Part shown: piece after piece, positions 39,516 through 52,807 of the stretch
How positions within the stretch are numbered: position 1 is the first letter of the stretch
How the letters are laid out: each line of letters opens with the position of its first letter
Assembly (NCBI GenBank): GCA_035084275.1
Contig: CM068742.1
Span: forward strand, 101,742,001 to 101,806,000
DNA: 64,000 nt
Source of the DNA: Hydrolagus colliei
Taxonomy: Eukaryota
Direction of reading: 5' to 3'
The notes under the pieces: model-generated
The model's database searches: none
The model's input: only the letters and a program-made list of their open reading frames with translations
Told to the model about the DNA's origin: nothing
Program-made: the position numbers and the translations under genes

Positions 39516-40958
39516 AGGAGAGGTTTACATTTATATAGCACTTTTCAAATCCAGAGGACATCCAAAGGACAAGGATATACTGTACTGAAAATTGCAACAA
39601 CTGTGTATTTTTCAGGCAAACGTGAGAGAATTTGCACACTGCAATATCCCACAAACAACCATGGAGTGAATGACCAATTCTAACTTGAAGAATCAAGGAA
39701 AGGGGAATGCACGCAGTACTTGTGGATGTATTACAAAATGAGAGTTTAAGCAAATATAGCTTTACAGAAATTGACTGATTAGCTTTACTGAAATTGACAC
39801 TGCACGTCTCATAGCACGTGGACACAATTTTGATGTGAATGTTAAGGCGTATCGACCATACTCAGTCACATACTCAGTTTTATCATCTGCAGATGAAGTT
39901 CTCACTGCTGGTTTCAAAACAAGTGTCCCAATAAATACTGCAATCCATGCAGCCTTTCAGGATGTGCAGTTTATTTATGTTGGTGAGCTGGATGCCTGAA
40001 GTAGTGACCTTGACCAAACCTTAGCCCCTTGTATCACAGCAATTCAACACTCACTAGCACAAGCTGACCTGGTACAAAGCCACATCATGTTTCCCTGCTT
40101 GTTGTCCGTAGTCAAAACAAAATATCGCACTTAAGTTGCTTTATGCACTTAGCCAAGAGTAATTACCGTACATATTCTGTGCAGTGTAATGGTCCATGGT
40201 ACTATTCGAAAAGGGATGGGAGTTTCTCCTGGTGACCAATAATCCCCCAAATAAAATTGCTAAATTTCACACAAGGAAGCTCTCAGGGAGTTCCTCACAG
40301 GGATCTACTGGAACCTGCCATCCACCTAGTGAGGGCTTAAAGCCACATTTGTCAGATGTTAAATGACTAAGTAGTGACTATCTTCCTTGGAGGGAGGTAA
40401 GTAGAGTCTCAATGAACCTGAACTGGCTCCAAAGTGCAATATTTGCCAACTGAATGACAGAATCGAGCCAACCCTCATGGTCAGTCTCAATAGTCTAGTT
40501 CCTCAGCCAGACAGGATGGCAGGACTCCAGGGCACTGCTGACGACAGCACAGCCAGCCTGGCGCATCAGCGGGATTTGGAAGGGAGGGTAGTCACTGGGA
40601 CCAGGGACTCTTTCCAATCGGCTCCCGTTAACCCTGCAAACCAAAACCCCATTGGGACAATCAGTGGGAAAGCTTGCCAGAAAGTGCTCTCAAAGGCAAG
40701 TTTTAGCTGGTTAAACTCCAGCAGCACCCCAACCCACATTCTGAGGTTCCCAAGCCTTAGCGCTTGTCAAACTCTTGCCCAATACTCTCTGGAATTAAGT
40801 AAGCAGAATGTGTACATTAAGTGTGCATTGCATTCCAATAAATATCTTGGGAAATTCCAAGGAATACCACAAGGAATGTGGTATGAAATATGCAGAATTT
40901 CAGTTCCGTGTCCTATCATAAACCATTTAACTGAGTCAAAACTCTCAGGCCCCACATT

Positions 40959-41338
40959 AATAATAATAATCCTTGCATTTAATACAGCACTTTTCACGTC
41001 TTCTAGACTTCTCAAAGCACTTCACAGAATACTCTGTAAAGTGAATTGACTGAAGATTTGTGGACTAAATGCGGCAGCCAATTGCATGCAGCAGTGTCCC
41101 ACAAACAGTATTGGATTGAGTGACCCACAAACAATATTGGATTGAGTGACCAAATTAGTTTTTTTTAAGGATTATTATCCCCAGAAAAGCAATCCAACAA
41201 TCGACCAACAACCAGGTTCCTACTTACTGCTAGATGAACAGAAGTGTGTAGAGTAAGGAAACATTTTGCCCTGCCAGAAATACTATCCAGGTTTCTGCTT
41301 GCAAGGTGATTGCTCTAACCACTGAGTAACAGGACTCC
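40959..41338 (-). mobile_element. tRNA-derived SINE, long subfamily
   Basis: As the short form plus about 60 bp (CTGTTCATCTAGCAGTAAGTAGGAACCTGG...). Other long copies at about 22828-23170, 32783-33171 and 25430-25560. Confidence 0.88.
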
Positions 41339-43337
41339 ACAATAAAATGAAGCGCAGTAAAGTGACTAACTTTTAGATGTCAGGCTACCAATAATATGAC
41401 TTCCTTCTCAGTACACTTCCTGCACAACAAGAAACAACATCAACAAATTTACATTTATATGTGCCTTTCATGTCAGGAGAATATCCCAATGCATCATGGA
41501 GTCATAGAAATGGCAGCAAAGCAACAGGCCATCCAGACCACCAAGTTTAAAATGGTGCCCGCTCATCCACTGGAGCTAACTGCTCTAATCTCAATTCCCT
41601 TGTCTTTCCCTTCTCCCTTTCACATTCTTCCAATTTAAATGTTTGTCAAAATTGTTTGTAAATGGTGCTATGGTCTCAGGCAATATATTTTATATTGATT
41701 ATCCTGATGATGTGTTCTAACTTTCCATTTAACTTTCCAACAACAATGCAATACCCATATACTGTATTACATAGAATTACATAGAGATATTACACTGAAA
41801 CAGGACATTTGGCCCAACTAGTTCCTGCCTTTGCTTATTCTACATACAAACCCCCACTCCTATTCCTCTCTCCTCTACTCCCTTCTCCTTGATGAATGCA
41901 CCAAACTTTCACTTAAATACATTGAAAATTGTCAGCACAATGAAATCAGCTGATGAATTGCAGTTTTGTATTATGTTTTTACCTTATGTTTTGCTCATGG
42001 ATTATATAGTCACTGCACATGATAATCAAAATAATAATAATAATACTATTATTATTTTGTGAAATGCTTTGAGACATCAGAAAGATGTGATAAGTGCAAG
42101 GATCATTATTATGATTTTGCATAACTTGCTTTTTTATGTATGTTACCAAATTATTAAAAACAAATTTTGGAGACCGCTATTAGATCCGCCTTTTTTTTTT
42201 AATAAGCCAGGTGTCTGACATATGCTGAAACCCATTACAATGCTTAAGAGTATCCAAACCAAATTGAGAATCCCATGCCTCCTCCCTGTATGTGGAAATT
42301 ACCATGTATTGGAATGGAATGTGCTCACTTTCCCCAGAGGGATAACGCATCCTGCTTATCTAATTCCTGGCGGAGCAGGTTGGCAAGAGCCAAAGCTTGT
42401 GTCCCCAGAATGAGTGTTGGGGAAATTAACAAGCTAAAACTGCATATATTTCTCCTTAACTATCTCTGTTCCAGGAAACACACTCAATTTTTCACACCAA
42501 ATACAATTAGCTCTTCAACTCAGATATCACCCATGCAATACCTACACTGCTCACTGGACTATTAGAAATGTCTGTAGCTTTTTGAGCAATAATAATAACC
42601 CTTGCATTACATATAGTGCCCATCATGTTGTTAAGACATCTCAAAGCACTTCACAGTGCTTCTAAAGTGAATTGACTGTATATTTTGTGGAAGAAACAAT
42701 TTCCTCTTCCCAGATCTCATTGCTTTCCAGTGCTCCTGTATGTGGTGTTATGATACCATAGAATGTCGGGGTTAAATACACAGAAATCCCTGGCACATTA
42801 GCCTAATAACTAGGACACCTCCAAAAACACTAACCTTATATGACCTTTGAAAGGAACAAGGGATGGAATATTTAGTCTAAATCTTTTTTATCCCGAATCA
42901 CATCCTTTAATCATTCAGGAATGCACTTTAAGCATATTTCATAAGGTAAACAATGGAAAATTATAAATGTCACTTTGGAATTGGGTGTCAGCTGTTTGAA
43001 AGCTGTAGAATACAGTAGTTCTCCCTTGTCAATATTTGTCTGCTGCAAACACTCTGATATAAAATCTTTGCATTTCATACAGCTTTTCACATTGGGAGAA
43101 CATCTCAGACCTCTTCACAGGATTTTCTGTAAAGTGGGGTGACTGTGTGCTTTATAGGCACATGCCAACAAATATAGATTTCATGAGACGAGCTTATGTT
43201 GTGTGTTGTAGAATCAATTCTGCTGCATCACAATCTATCATCTTTCCTATAGGCTGGCTTCTGGCGTGAAGCCCTCCCTTATGGAAATGTACCATTGCTA
43301 CCAGCAAAGAAAAGGTCCTATAGGTGCTTGTATGCCA

Positions 43338-44395
43338 ACAACATTGCATTTATGTAGGGCCTTTCACATCGGGTGGATATCCCAAGGCACTGGACGGCAA
43401 AGGGTTTGAGCTGAGAGTTGGTTCTGGAGTGGTAGGGACCAAGGGGAAATCGGTGTAGTAAGGGAAAGGTGACCAAAGGCAGTTCAAAAAGGAAGGTTTT
43501 GAGATGGCGCTTGAAGCAAAGATACAGTCAAGACAGAGGGACTCCAGGATGTAGTCGTGGAGAGTAGCTGAAAGCCTGACGGACAATGGTGGGCGGACAT
43601 TGTGGGGGATGATGAAGCAGGCCAGTATCTCGTGAGCGAAGGGAACGGGCAGGTTAGTAGGGATTTAGAAGGTCACAGAGGCAGAGTAGGGCAAGACCAT
43701 GGAAAGATTTAAAAGTGAGGATGAGAAATTTAAACTCAAACCTCAGAGAGTTGGGGAGACAATGGAGCCAAGTGAGGATGGAGGTTACAGGTTAATGGAG
43801 CCTAGTGCAGGACAGGACACGAGCTACAGAGTTCTGGATGGTCTGCAGTTTATGAAGAGAAAAGTTGGGAAGTCTGGCAAGCAGAGAAATGTCGTGGTGT
43901 AGCCTGGATATGATGAAAGCATGGATAAGGGTCTCAGTGAGAGGTAGTGGCAGTGGCGGGAAATGTTGGGGAGGTAGGGGAAAGGTGAACAGATGTGGGG
44001 TCTAATGAACAATTGAAAATCGAACAAGACACTGAGGTTGCACACCAGCCCTGTGAGGTGCAGAGTGCATCCATTTAGATTGATAGTATCAGCACCTGAG
44101 ATGAGAAAGTACTGAAGGGAGCCAAGTAGGAGGGCCTTCATCTTATCGACATTCATTGGAGAAAGTTAGCTCTCATCTAGGACTTGAAGTCTGGCAGACA
44201 ATCATTCAGAAACAACAGTGGTCCTGGAATCAAGGGTGAAGGCAGAGAGATGGAGTTGGATGTTATCCGCATACATCTGAAAGTTAACTCCATGTCTCCT
44301 TACAACATGGCTGAGCAGGAACATGAAGATATGAAAGAGACTTGAGGAATATCCCAAGTGACGGTGTGAGGGCTGGAGGAGAAGCCATTGGCCGA
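43338..44395 (-). mobile_element. Degenerate L2 fragment (RT to 3' end)
   Basis: YADN-type RT motif near 44270, NVDKMKALLLGS and 3' tail. Confidence 0.85.
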
Positions 44396-46289
44396 TATAA
44401 AGTTAAGTCGTTGGGATAGGTAAGTATAAAACTAGGAAATGACAGAACTGAGAGGAAATGCAGACAGTTGGAGTTGAAGTTGGACACAAGGAAGCAGAAA
44501 GCATCCTTTAAATGAGCATATGAGCACAACAGTATGTTTGCTGGTGTTTCCTAAATCAAAGCCTATATGGATAAACAAATATTCAGATAATCTACCCCAG
44601 TAAATATACTTATAAAAGAATTCTCACAGCTTTTGTTTCTTTAACTGCACTGAGGTAACATCTGATTTGTGGTTGGAAACATATCAATGCCTGATCTAAA
44701 TATTTTGCAGTCCTTATTTAAAAGAATTACTTCTGCAGATTTGATTGATTGCAATGGCCTATCTGACGGCCTAAATGTGTTTCTCTAAAGTCTAATCGAA
44801 TGTAATACTTTTGCTATAAAAGGGCGAAAACTTTTAATGTGACAAAGCAGAGGCTGTTTCTTGGAGTGTGCTCTGGGCAGTCTGCCAGTGGGTGGACATT
44901 ATACAGCTCAAACACTTCCAGTTTGCTAGGAATACTCACAGTGTTCTGCTTGCAAATAACAACTCGCTGAAGTCATAATTAAACTCTGTTGCAGTCCGAG
45001 CAATTCAGCAGCAGCTAAACTGTTATTTTCCTATTGTGATGCATATATAAACAGAATCATTTAATCTGTAATTCAAGTAAACATGCAATGAGCCAGCAGT
45101 GTCAATCTGGCCAATATATCATCTGAGTTTGGATAATGGTACGAGGGGCTGCCAAAGAGGTAAGTATCCATTCCTCTCAATTATATTTTTCTTCCTCTTT
45201 ATATTCCGTCAGCTCTGGTACATGTCTACTTAAGGCAAACAAGAGCAATACCTGATTCAATGGTTTGGATGGAGATCTACGTCCACAAAAAAGTTTATGA
45301 AAGAAGGAGAAACATACCACAGTACATAACAAATCACGAGGGTTTCACACAAAAAATATTTTTTCTATGGAGACACTGACCAGATGCTGTGTGTCTCTAC
45401 TGGATATGCACAAGACTGATTGAAAGAGAGTGGGAAAAGCATCCTCTCAATGCCTTTCAAACTTAGTTGGACAGTAGGTTGGCTTTGTGATTTGGGGAAT
45501 TTTCAGCTTCTCAAACAGCCAGGTCTGAAATGTTTGCTGAAACGCTAATAAGTTGCTCACCCTAGGAAACAAATCCCCCTCCTTCTAGGGCTTATCCAGT
45601 TCAACACATATTTTCTCACTGATTAATGCTGGAATTATTTGAAGGTATTTTGTTTTAATAATCAGTAATTCAATGAAGTCATTGCATCGCTATTTGTGTA
45701 AATTAATGAGTGTACGTCTCTAACTATGCCCTCATTAGTCTGAAGGAAAGGGTTCTGTCATTATCTCAGTTTCTTTCACATCTGTTCCACCAGTTTATTG
45801 TGTCTATATTTTGTACAATCATTCATTATATCTTGTATAATTTTAACAAATATCTACCATGAATTTTTGGCGAATTGGTGTGTATTTTCCAAGTTCAAAC
45901 ACACATGTTCTGGTAACGAAAAGGATTCATAAAATACGAATGCATCTGCACAACCTCTGTGACCTTACACTCGTAGAGAGCAAATTTACAATGCTGAGAT
46001 ATGGATAAAGGCAAATGGGAGCTTTTGGCTTCTTTTACATTATTGAGTGTAATAAAAACCTGTACGCAAACTTTGCAGGTTGGGATAAGCATGTGTAACT
46101 TCTTGAGTGTTTTCACTAGAACGTTTTTTACTGTATATAAATACTACACGAGGGAGGGACACTTTTAATGTACCAGTTGCCGGAATAACATCAACTTTAC
46201 AGAGCTCCCTTTTAAGCAGAGTAACATCTCACAGCGCCCAAAAATGTAGTATGAAATATTGCAACAGAAATTCTGATGAAAGTATATTA

Positions 46290-46592
<303 letters not shown>

Positions 46593-47367
46593 TTAACTTT
46601 GAGAGGTCTGGTTTTCTGTAGTTCCTAAAATGAAGGCTTCAAAATTAGGAACATTTTTCAGGATTTATCAAATTGTGGACATCTGAAATGTAGCAATTGG
46701 TAAATTTTTCTGCACTGGAATTCTGTGTTCCCTAAAATGAATCTCAATAATAATAATCCTTACATTTGATAATAGCATCTTTCACAAAGGGAGGACTTCT
46801 CAAAGCGCTTGACAGGAATAATTGTAAACTGTTGTAGACAAATATCTGCCATATTTTTCGTTCTCTGTTTTTACACCAACATTGTTTGTATGTACCCAAT
46901 AATAGCATCAGCAGTCTAGACTTAACATAGTTGGAAGATCTAATGCCGTACAGTGATAGTTTATGATTGTACAAGCTTTAATTGCCACACAGACACTCTA
47001 AGAGAAAGCTTCCTAGTACAAGTTTTCCTTCACAGATTGAATTTAATCAGTTTGAATTACATCAACAGCAACGCTCTGCCAGCATTCCAATGATTTTCAA
47101 TCATTCTTCCCGTTCTTGCTACTGTCACTTTAAACCCTAAATTGGCACATTAGATCATTTGTATTAGTTGATGGTCTAACAGCGAGTCTATGAGAACAAT
47201 ATGAATTACGAGGGCATGTGTATATCAGGGATTTTACCAGATCAGCTTCACCTTGTTCCAAACAAATCCCTGGCGTGGTATAAACAGGGATATACTCACA
47301 CCTCAGAGTTAATTGTTTCCAAAGTAGGCTTAATTTCTTTCAGTTGCTGAAACCATTCATTATACTG

Positions 47368-47720
47368 TAATAATAATAATCCTTGCATTTGATATAGCGC
47401 CTTTTCACATCTTCGAGGCATCTTGAGACAGCTTCACGGAATATACTGTAAAGTGAGTTGACTATGTATTTGTGGGCGAAATGTGGCAGCCAATTGCACA
47501 CAACAGTGTCTCACAAACAATCGTGGAGTGAAATAAATATTTTTTTTTGGGGGGAGGGATTATTATCAGGCACATTGAGTGAGGAAACTTGCCCAAGGTT
47601 TCACCCCCTGCCGAAAATCTAACCCATGTCTTTCACTTGCGAACCGAGGGCTCTAACCATTGAGTTACAGGACTGTAGCTTATGAGGCGAGAGCTCTAAC
47701 CAATGAACTACAGGGACTCC
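47368..47720 (-). mobile_element. tRNA-derived SINE, short subfamily, with duplicated head
   Basis: Same architecture; a second tRNA-head fragment at about 47680-47720. Confidence 0.85.
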
Positions 47721-48646
47721 ACACAAGTAACAGAGAGTAACAGAGAGTGTTAACACAGAGGTAGGCAGGCAGGCAGTTTGTTTCCCCTGGATGTAAAGTC
47801 AAGAGTAGTGTAGAGGTTGCAGTGATTCCAAAGTTCTACCTCCTCCGGGTAACCAACCAGTAAAAGACTGTGCAGAAGTCAATATGAAGATCACTCAAAG
47901 CATTTTGAACATGTCATTTTATGGTAGTCTTTGGCTTCATATAATGATCCTTGACATGGTAAAACACGCTATAAATGTACACCATTATCAGGAGTGCATA
48001 CATTGAAATCCTCAATTTGTCTCAAATGGCAAGCCACAGCCTGGATGAAACTGAATCAGTGTTTACAAAGTCCTCCATGCCCATCATGTGGGATGGTGTC
48101 TCAGATCACTTACGGTAATAGGTTTGTAGTTTGATGAGAAGCTAGGGAGAAAGGTGAGGTGACCGTGGGTACGGTCTAAGAGGAAAGTCTTTAGGTGCGA
48201 TATGAAAACGGAGTCACTCTGTTTCCATGTTAGAAAACCTCTCACACATATGTTACTCTATGCACCATGAACTGCAGTGTTGATGCGATCACTTTTAACC
48301 TGTGTTATCTTTGGTAATTTGCTAAAGATAGATGGGTGCCATGGGAGGCAGTGATAACAGGGTGGGTAATACTTGTACCCATTGTGTCGGATCAGCAAGG
48401 ACGTTTTTATGTGTGTGTCCCAGTGGCACTGGAAGGGCTAGGCATTGGGAAAACTGAAGGTAAACTTTTCTGTGTGACTTAACTGTGCTATCCAGTTTTA
48501 TTCCTTTATTCAACCAAATGGAAAGAATGAACGCAAAGGCACAGGGTGTGTATTGGCTGCTAAAATGCCAGACATCATTTTAGTACTTGGCTTTCTCTTG
48601 GACCAAGAGCAATTAAATGGAATTTCAGACACATCCTGGGGGTTAT

Positions 48647-48705
48647 TTTATGCTGATCACTAAAAATAGTGATCCACAACTGCTATTTTTAGTGATCAGC
48701 ATAAA
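48647..48705. repeat. Perfect 23-bp inverted repeat with 13-nt spacer, each arm containing a MEF2 consensus
   Basis: TTTATGCTGATCACTAAAAATAG - TGATCCACAACTG - CTATTTTTAGTGATCAGCATAAA. Confidence 0.9.
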
Positions 48706-51700
48706 TTTAAACCTCCTTATGTCCTGGGGGAGGGAATGACATATAGAGTTGTGCAGCTGGTCCTCCTCCAGATTAATTTTGCAGCACATGTTTTATAATA
48801 TGAACAGATACTGTGAAGGAGATTGAAGCCTTCAATCAACTCCCAACTTTCTGCTGACCCCCATAAATCCTTCGATAGGAAATTAGGTGAATGCTTGAAA
48901 ACCTGGAATGTTAAAAAGATTACGAAGCGAGCAGAAGAATGGGTTCAGGCATTGAAACATAAAATGATCTTCTTTCTAACTTTTAAAGAATGTTGTGGTC
49001 ACTCAATCCACGACTGTTTGTGGAACATTGCCTTGCACAATTACCTGCCAGTATTTTGCCCACAAAATATAGTCAATTCACTATAGTATATCCTGTGAAG
49101 TGCTTCAAGACATCACCACAAAGTGATAAGATACTATATCAAATGCAAGGATTATTATTAGTTAAACATTTGTCTCTCCGATATAAGAATGGCCTAGCTC
49201 CTCCAATGAATAAGTAGGTAAAAATACAGCACAAGTCTCCAGGTTCAAATCTCAGTCTAGTGCTGGAGGTAGCAGGCGGAAATAAATAGTCAGGCAGAAT
49301 AAATAAATAATCCTTTAGGATGGCATCTCAAAGGGATAGATTCTAAAGTAACTTGTGTATTTTGTAGCAGTCAATTGCACATGGCACTGTCCCACAAACA
49401 GTCCCACAAACAATATTTCGGTGGCCATTGAAGAACCCATTGCATTCCTTTATTTGGAAAAACAGAAGGAGTTTTTCCTTGTGTGGTGGCTAGAAATCAT
49501 TCAGTTAAACCGGTCATTCACTTCATGTCTGTTTGTGGGACATTGCTGTGTGCAAATGCTTACAAATTTAAACAACATTTACACAATCTTATATGTTGAG
49601 ACAACAGTTTTAAAGCTAAGACCACAAGGAATTTCAGGCCTCTAGTTTTTAATGCTCTCAAAACAAAAAAAAAGTTGCATTTATATAGTGACTCTCATGC
49701 TGGGTAGTGTTTCAGGGAGCTTGACAGTTGCGGAGCCTGACACCCAGCAGGGGTTGGGTGGGGAGTTGACCACAAGCACCTTATGAAAACCTTCATGAAA
49801 CCGATGTTTTGGAGCTTTTCTTAGTTATCATATATCATACATTCTGTACACTGGACCATCTGTCAGGAGCTGTACAGTGTGATAAATATTCCTCATTTGG
49901 AGTTAATGCACTGTTGCCAGCGCAGAATCTTAGCTGTTACAGCCACTGTAACCATGCCGTGAAATTCTACTACAGCACTCTGGGGATAATCAGACATTCT
50001 GCTTCCCATCTCTGACATGTGGCATATGTTCTTTGAAGTATGAAGTACACAGCAAGCTTGTGCACAGTGTCATGCTGTGCATTATTAGAAAACAAATAAG
50101 ATTGATTTTGTACTATCAAAGAATTCAGTTTAAACATTTACATGGCATCGTCCCAACACAGTAAGAATTATGAATCCAATCAACTAACCAGCCATAAATC
50201 AGAAAAAAAATGCTTGATTATTTTGGTTATATTTAGCGATAACTGGACATATGTGCTGAAGGTTAGCAAGTTGAGCTTTCGTCTTGTGACTCGCCTGACT
50301 AACAGTTACATAGTGTGATTGCAGTCTCTGTCCCACAGTCACTACACTTTTAATACATTCTGTGAAACGCTTTGAGACGTCTCATTGACATGATAGGATG
50401 CTATATCCAATGCAAGGATTATTGGTATAATTTCCTGGTCTTTCACAGTATCATGAACATTCCGAAAAAAAGGCTTCTGTCTCTTATTTTTTTTTACGGC
50501 TGCTTGTTTATTCTCTTGGGTTCAGCTCTGTTCTTTTCCAGCTTCCCAGTCTTTTTCCCTACCTTTGATGACATACTGTAAACACCTCTCTTTAATGTCA
50601 GTGTTTAAGAGCTCTGAGACACTTTCCTCCATGAAGGGCATTATTTAAATGCAAGTTGTTGTACCTCATTATGAGGTTGAAGAGGGGCAATAGTTACAAA
50701 CCAAAGTTGTCAACTTTGGCAAGGGTGATTCTGGACTTTCTTCCTTGGGTACATAAATTACCACTCATCTTTCTTGCATGGAGCAATGTCAACCTCTCGT
50801 GCAATGCAATTTGAGGAAAAAGACCTTTATCATCTCGACTTTTTCTTTATGACTGAAATGGATTTTCTTCCCACTCTTTTGTTTTGAAGTACTTGACTCT
50901 GGGACATCAGCCAGACATTGTCCTGTCTTCTCTGGGGTCTGGGAGTGTACAATGCAAAACCCCATTGATCTGGCAGCTGAAAGGGCCCTAAGGGAAATTA
51001 CTTTGGGTAATTTCAACCTAGTTTCTGCTTTCATTGGATCCAATACAGAGAATTTGTCCACAGCTCACTACAAATTGGCAATGAATTAGCAGTGTTACTC
51101 AAGAAGATCTCATAAGGGTGATTGGTGGGGTAAGTGGAAATTTCATATTGATGCCAAAAGGGAATGCTCTTAGATTTGGTGACGTTCGTGCAGAGATTAG
51201 AGGAAGTATTGCTTTGCATCTGCTCATGGTACACTATATTGAACCTCTATCCTTCTGCATGGGGAGGAAGGGGAGACCAAGTAAGCATGGTCAACTTGGA
51301 ACTGAAGTGGCTCCAAGATTACATGCTTGGGAACAAAACATTGGTCTCTGCAGTCCGATTCCTGAGCCAGATCCGGGCGGGTCCACAGTATTCTAAACCA
51401 CTGATGATGACAGCTCAGTCAGCTTAATGCATCAGTAGAACTTGGAAGCCTAGGACCAGTCATTGGGGGCAGGGATTATTCTCATTCAGCTCCTGTTAAC
51501 CCTGAAAGCCAAAGCCCTAATGGGTGGTCCTAGCCGGACAAGCAGCAAAAAAGTTTGCCAGACATTTTGCTTTCAATGGCAAGCTATATAATTTTAGTGG
51601 TTAGACTCCTGTAGTGGCCCCAACGTAAACTCTGGGGTCCTTAAGCGTTATCTCTTACCAATTTCCATCTAATCTCCAGAATTATATAAGCAGGGTGAAT

Positions 51701-51749
51701 CCTTCCAGAGCGTGTTTGTATTCCATTCTAATATATGGTGATTGTAGTT

Positions 51750-52002
51750 CTTCAGAAATTAAAGTTACATTGCAGCCTGTTATGATAGACACATTTGGTT
51801 TTAACGGAATTGTACAGAGGACCTCACTCATTATTTTAAAAGGGAGGTGGATGGTTATTTGGGGAGGACGGGTTTGTGGGGTTATGGGAAGAGAACCAGG
51901 GAGTGGGACTGACTTTGAATAGTTCTTTTCAAAGAGTCGGCACAGACTCGATAGGCTGAATGGCCTCCTTTTATGCTGTAAAATTTTATGAATCTATGAA
52001 TA
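51750..52002 (+). mobile_element. CR1 3' end, same family as the 13460 copy
   Basis: gttcttttcaaagagtcggcacagactcgataggctgaatggcctcctttt closely matches 14403-14453. Confidence 0.85.
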
Positions 52003-52142
52003 CATATATGTGAGGCCAGCCTGCTCATTTCCCTCATACCAATGATGTTTAATGCTACGGTAAATGACTAACCCTGATACAACAGCTGCCTCTGCTCCCC
52101 CAAAACCCGTACACAGTTGCTCAACAACTTCGATTTATATAG

Positions 52143-52537
52143 CGGTGGACAAGTCACCCGGTCCGGATGGGATGCATCCTAGGTTACTAAGGGAAGTACG
52201 GGAGCAAATAGCAGAGACTCTGGCCACAATCTTTGAATCTTCCTTGGACACATGGGTGGTACCAGAGGACTGGAAGGTTGTTAATGTTACTCCCCTGTAT
52301 AAAAAGGGGCAGAAGGACAAACCTGGGAACTACAGGCCAGTCAGTTTAATGTCGATTGTGGACAAACTTCTAGAGTCTATAATCAGGGACAAGATAGATC
52401 TTCACTTAGAAAGAAATAGGCTAATAAAGGACAGCTTTATAGGCTAATAAAGGAAAGGATTTGTTATAGGCAAATTTTGCCTTACAAATTTGATAGAATT
52501 TTTCGATGAGGTAACGGAATGGGTGGACGAGGGTAGC
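52143..52537 (+). mobile_element. CR1 internal RT fragment
   Basis: KSPGPDGMHPRLLRE, VPEDWK, KKGQKDKPGNYRPVSL, then CLTNLIEFFDEVT in a shifted frame. Confidence 0.9.
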
Positions 52538-52795
52538 TCAATCTTTTCACCTTGCCTCCTCCCTCCCCACTTTCAAATCCCACCTAAAAGGTTTACTTTC
52601 TGATCATGCTTATGTGCACCTTCCCCCTCCCCCTTCCCTCTCCCTCTGGCTAGGTGTCAGATTCCACCACTGTCAAGCGATCCAAAACGCTTTCCTGGTG
52701 TGAATGAAGTTATATAAATGCAAGTTGCTGTTGTCGACTTCCAGCTCATTGGAGTACCACGATCGTAGGCTGAGTTGTGAATGCACAAATCATGA

Positions 52796-52807
52796 ATTGA
52801 CGTCAAT
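52796..52807. promoter_or_regulatory. Palindromic CRE/ATF site, candidate only
   Basis: ATTGACGTCAAT, a 12-bp palindrome containing TGACGTCA with its CpG intact, in unique-looking intronic DNA. Confidence 0.3.

Noticed and set aside
38140-39825. 561-aa ORF as a novel or domesticated RT gene
   Set aside because: The first ~105 aa is chance read-through of flanking and SINE DNA. The rest is a 5'-truncated L2 with no endonuclease, a frameshift near 38327 and a small internal deletion.
40477-41049. 190-aa plus-strand ORF
   Set aside because: Built from an unnamed repeat plus an antisense SINE tail; no recognisable domain.
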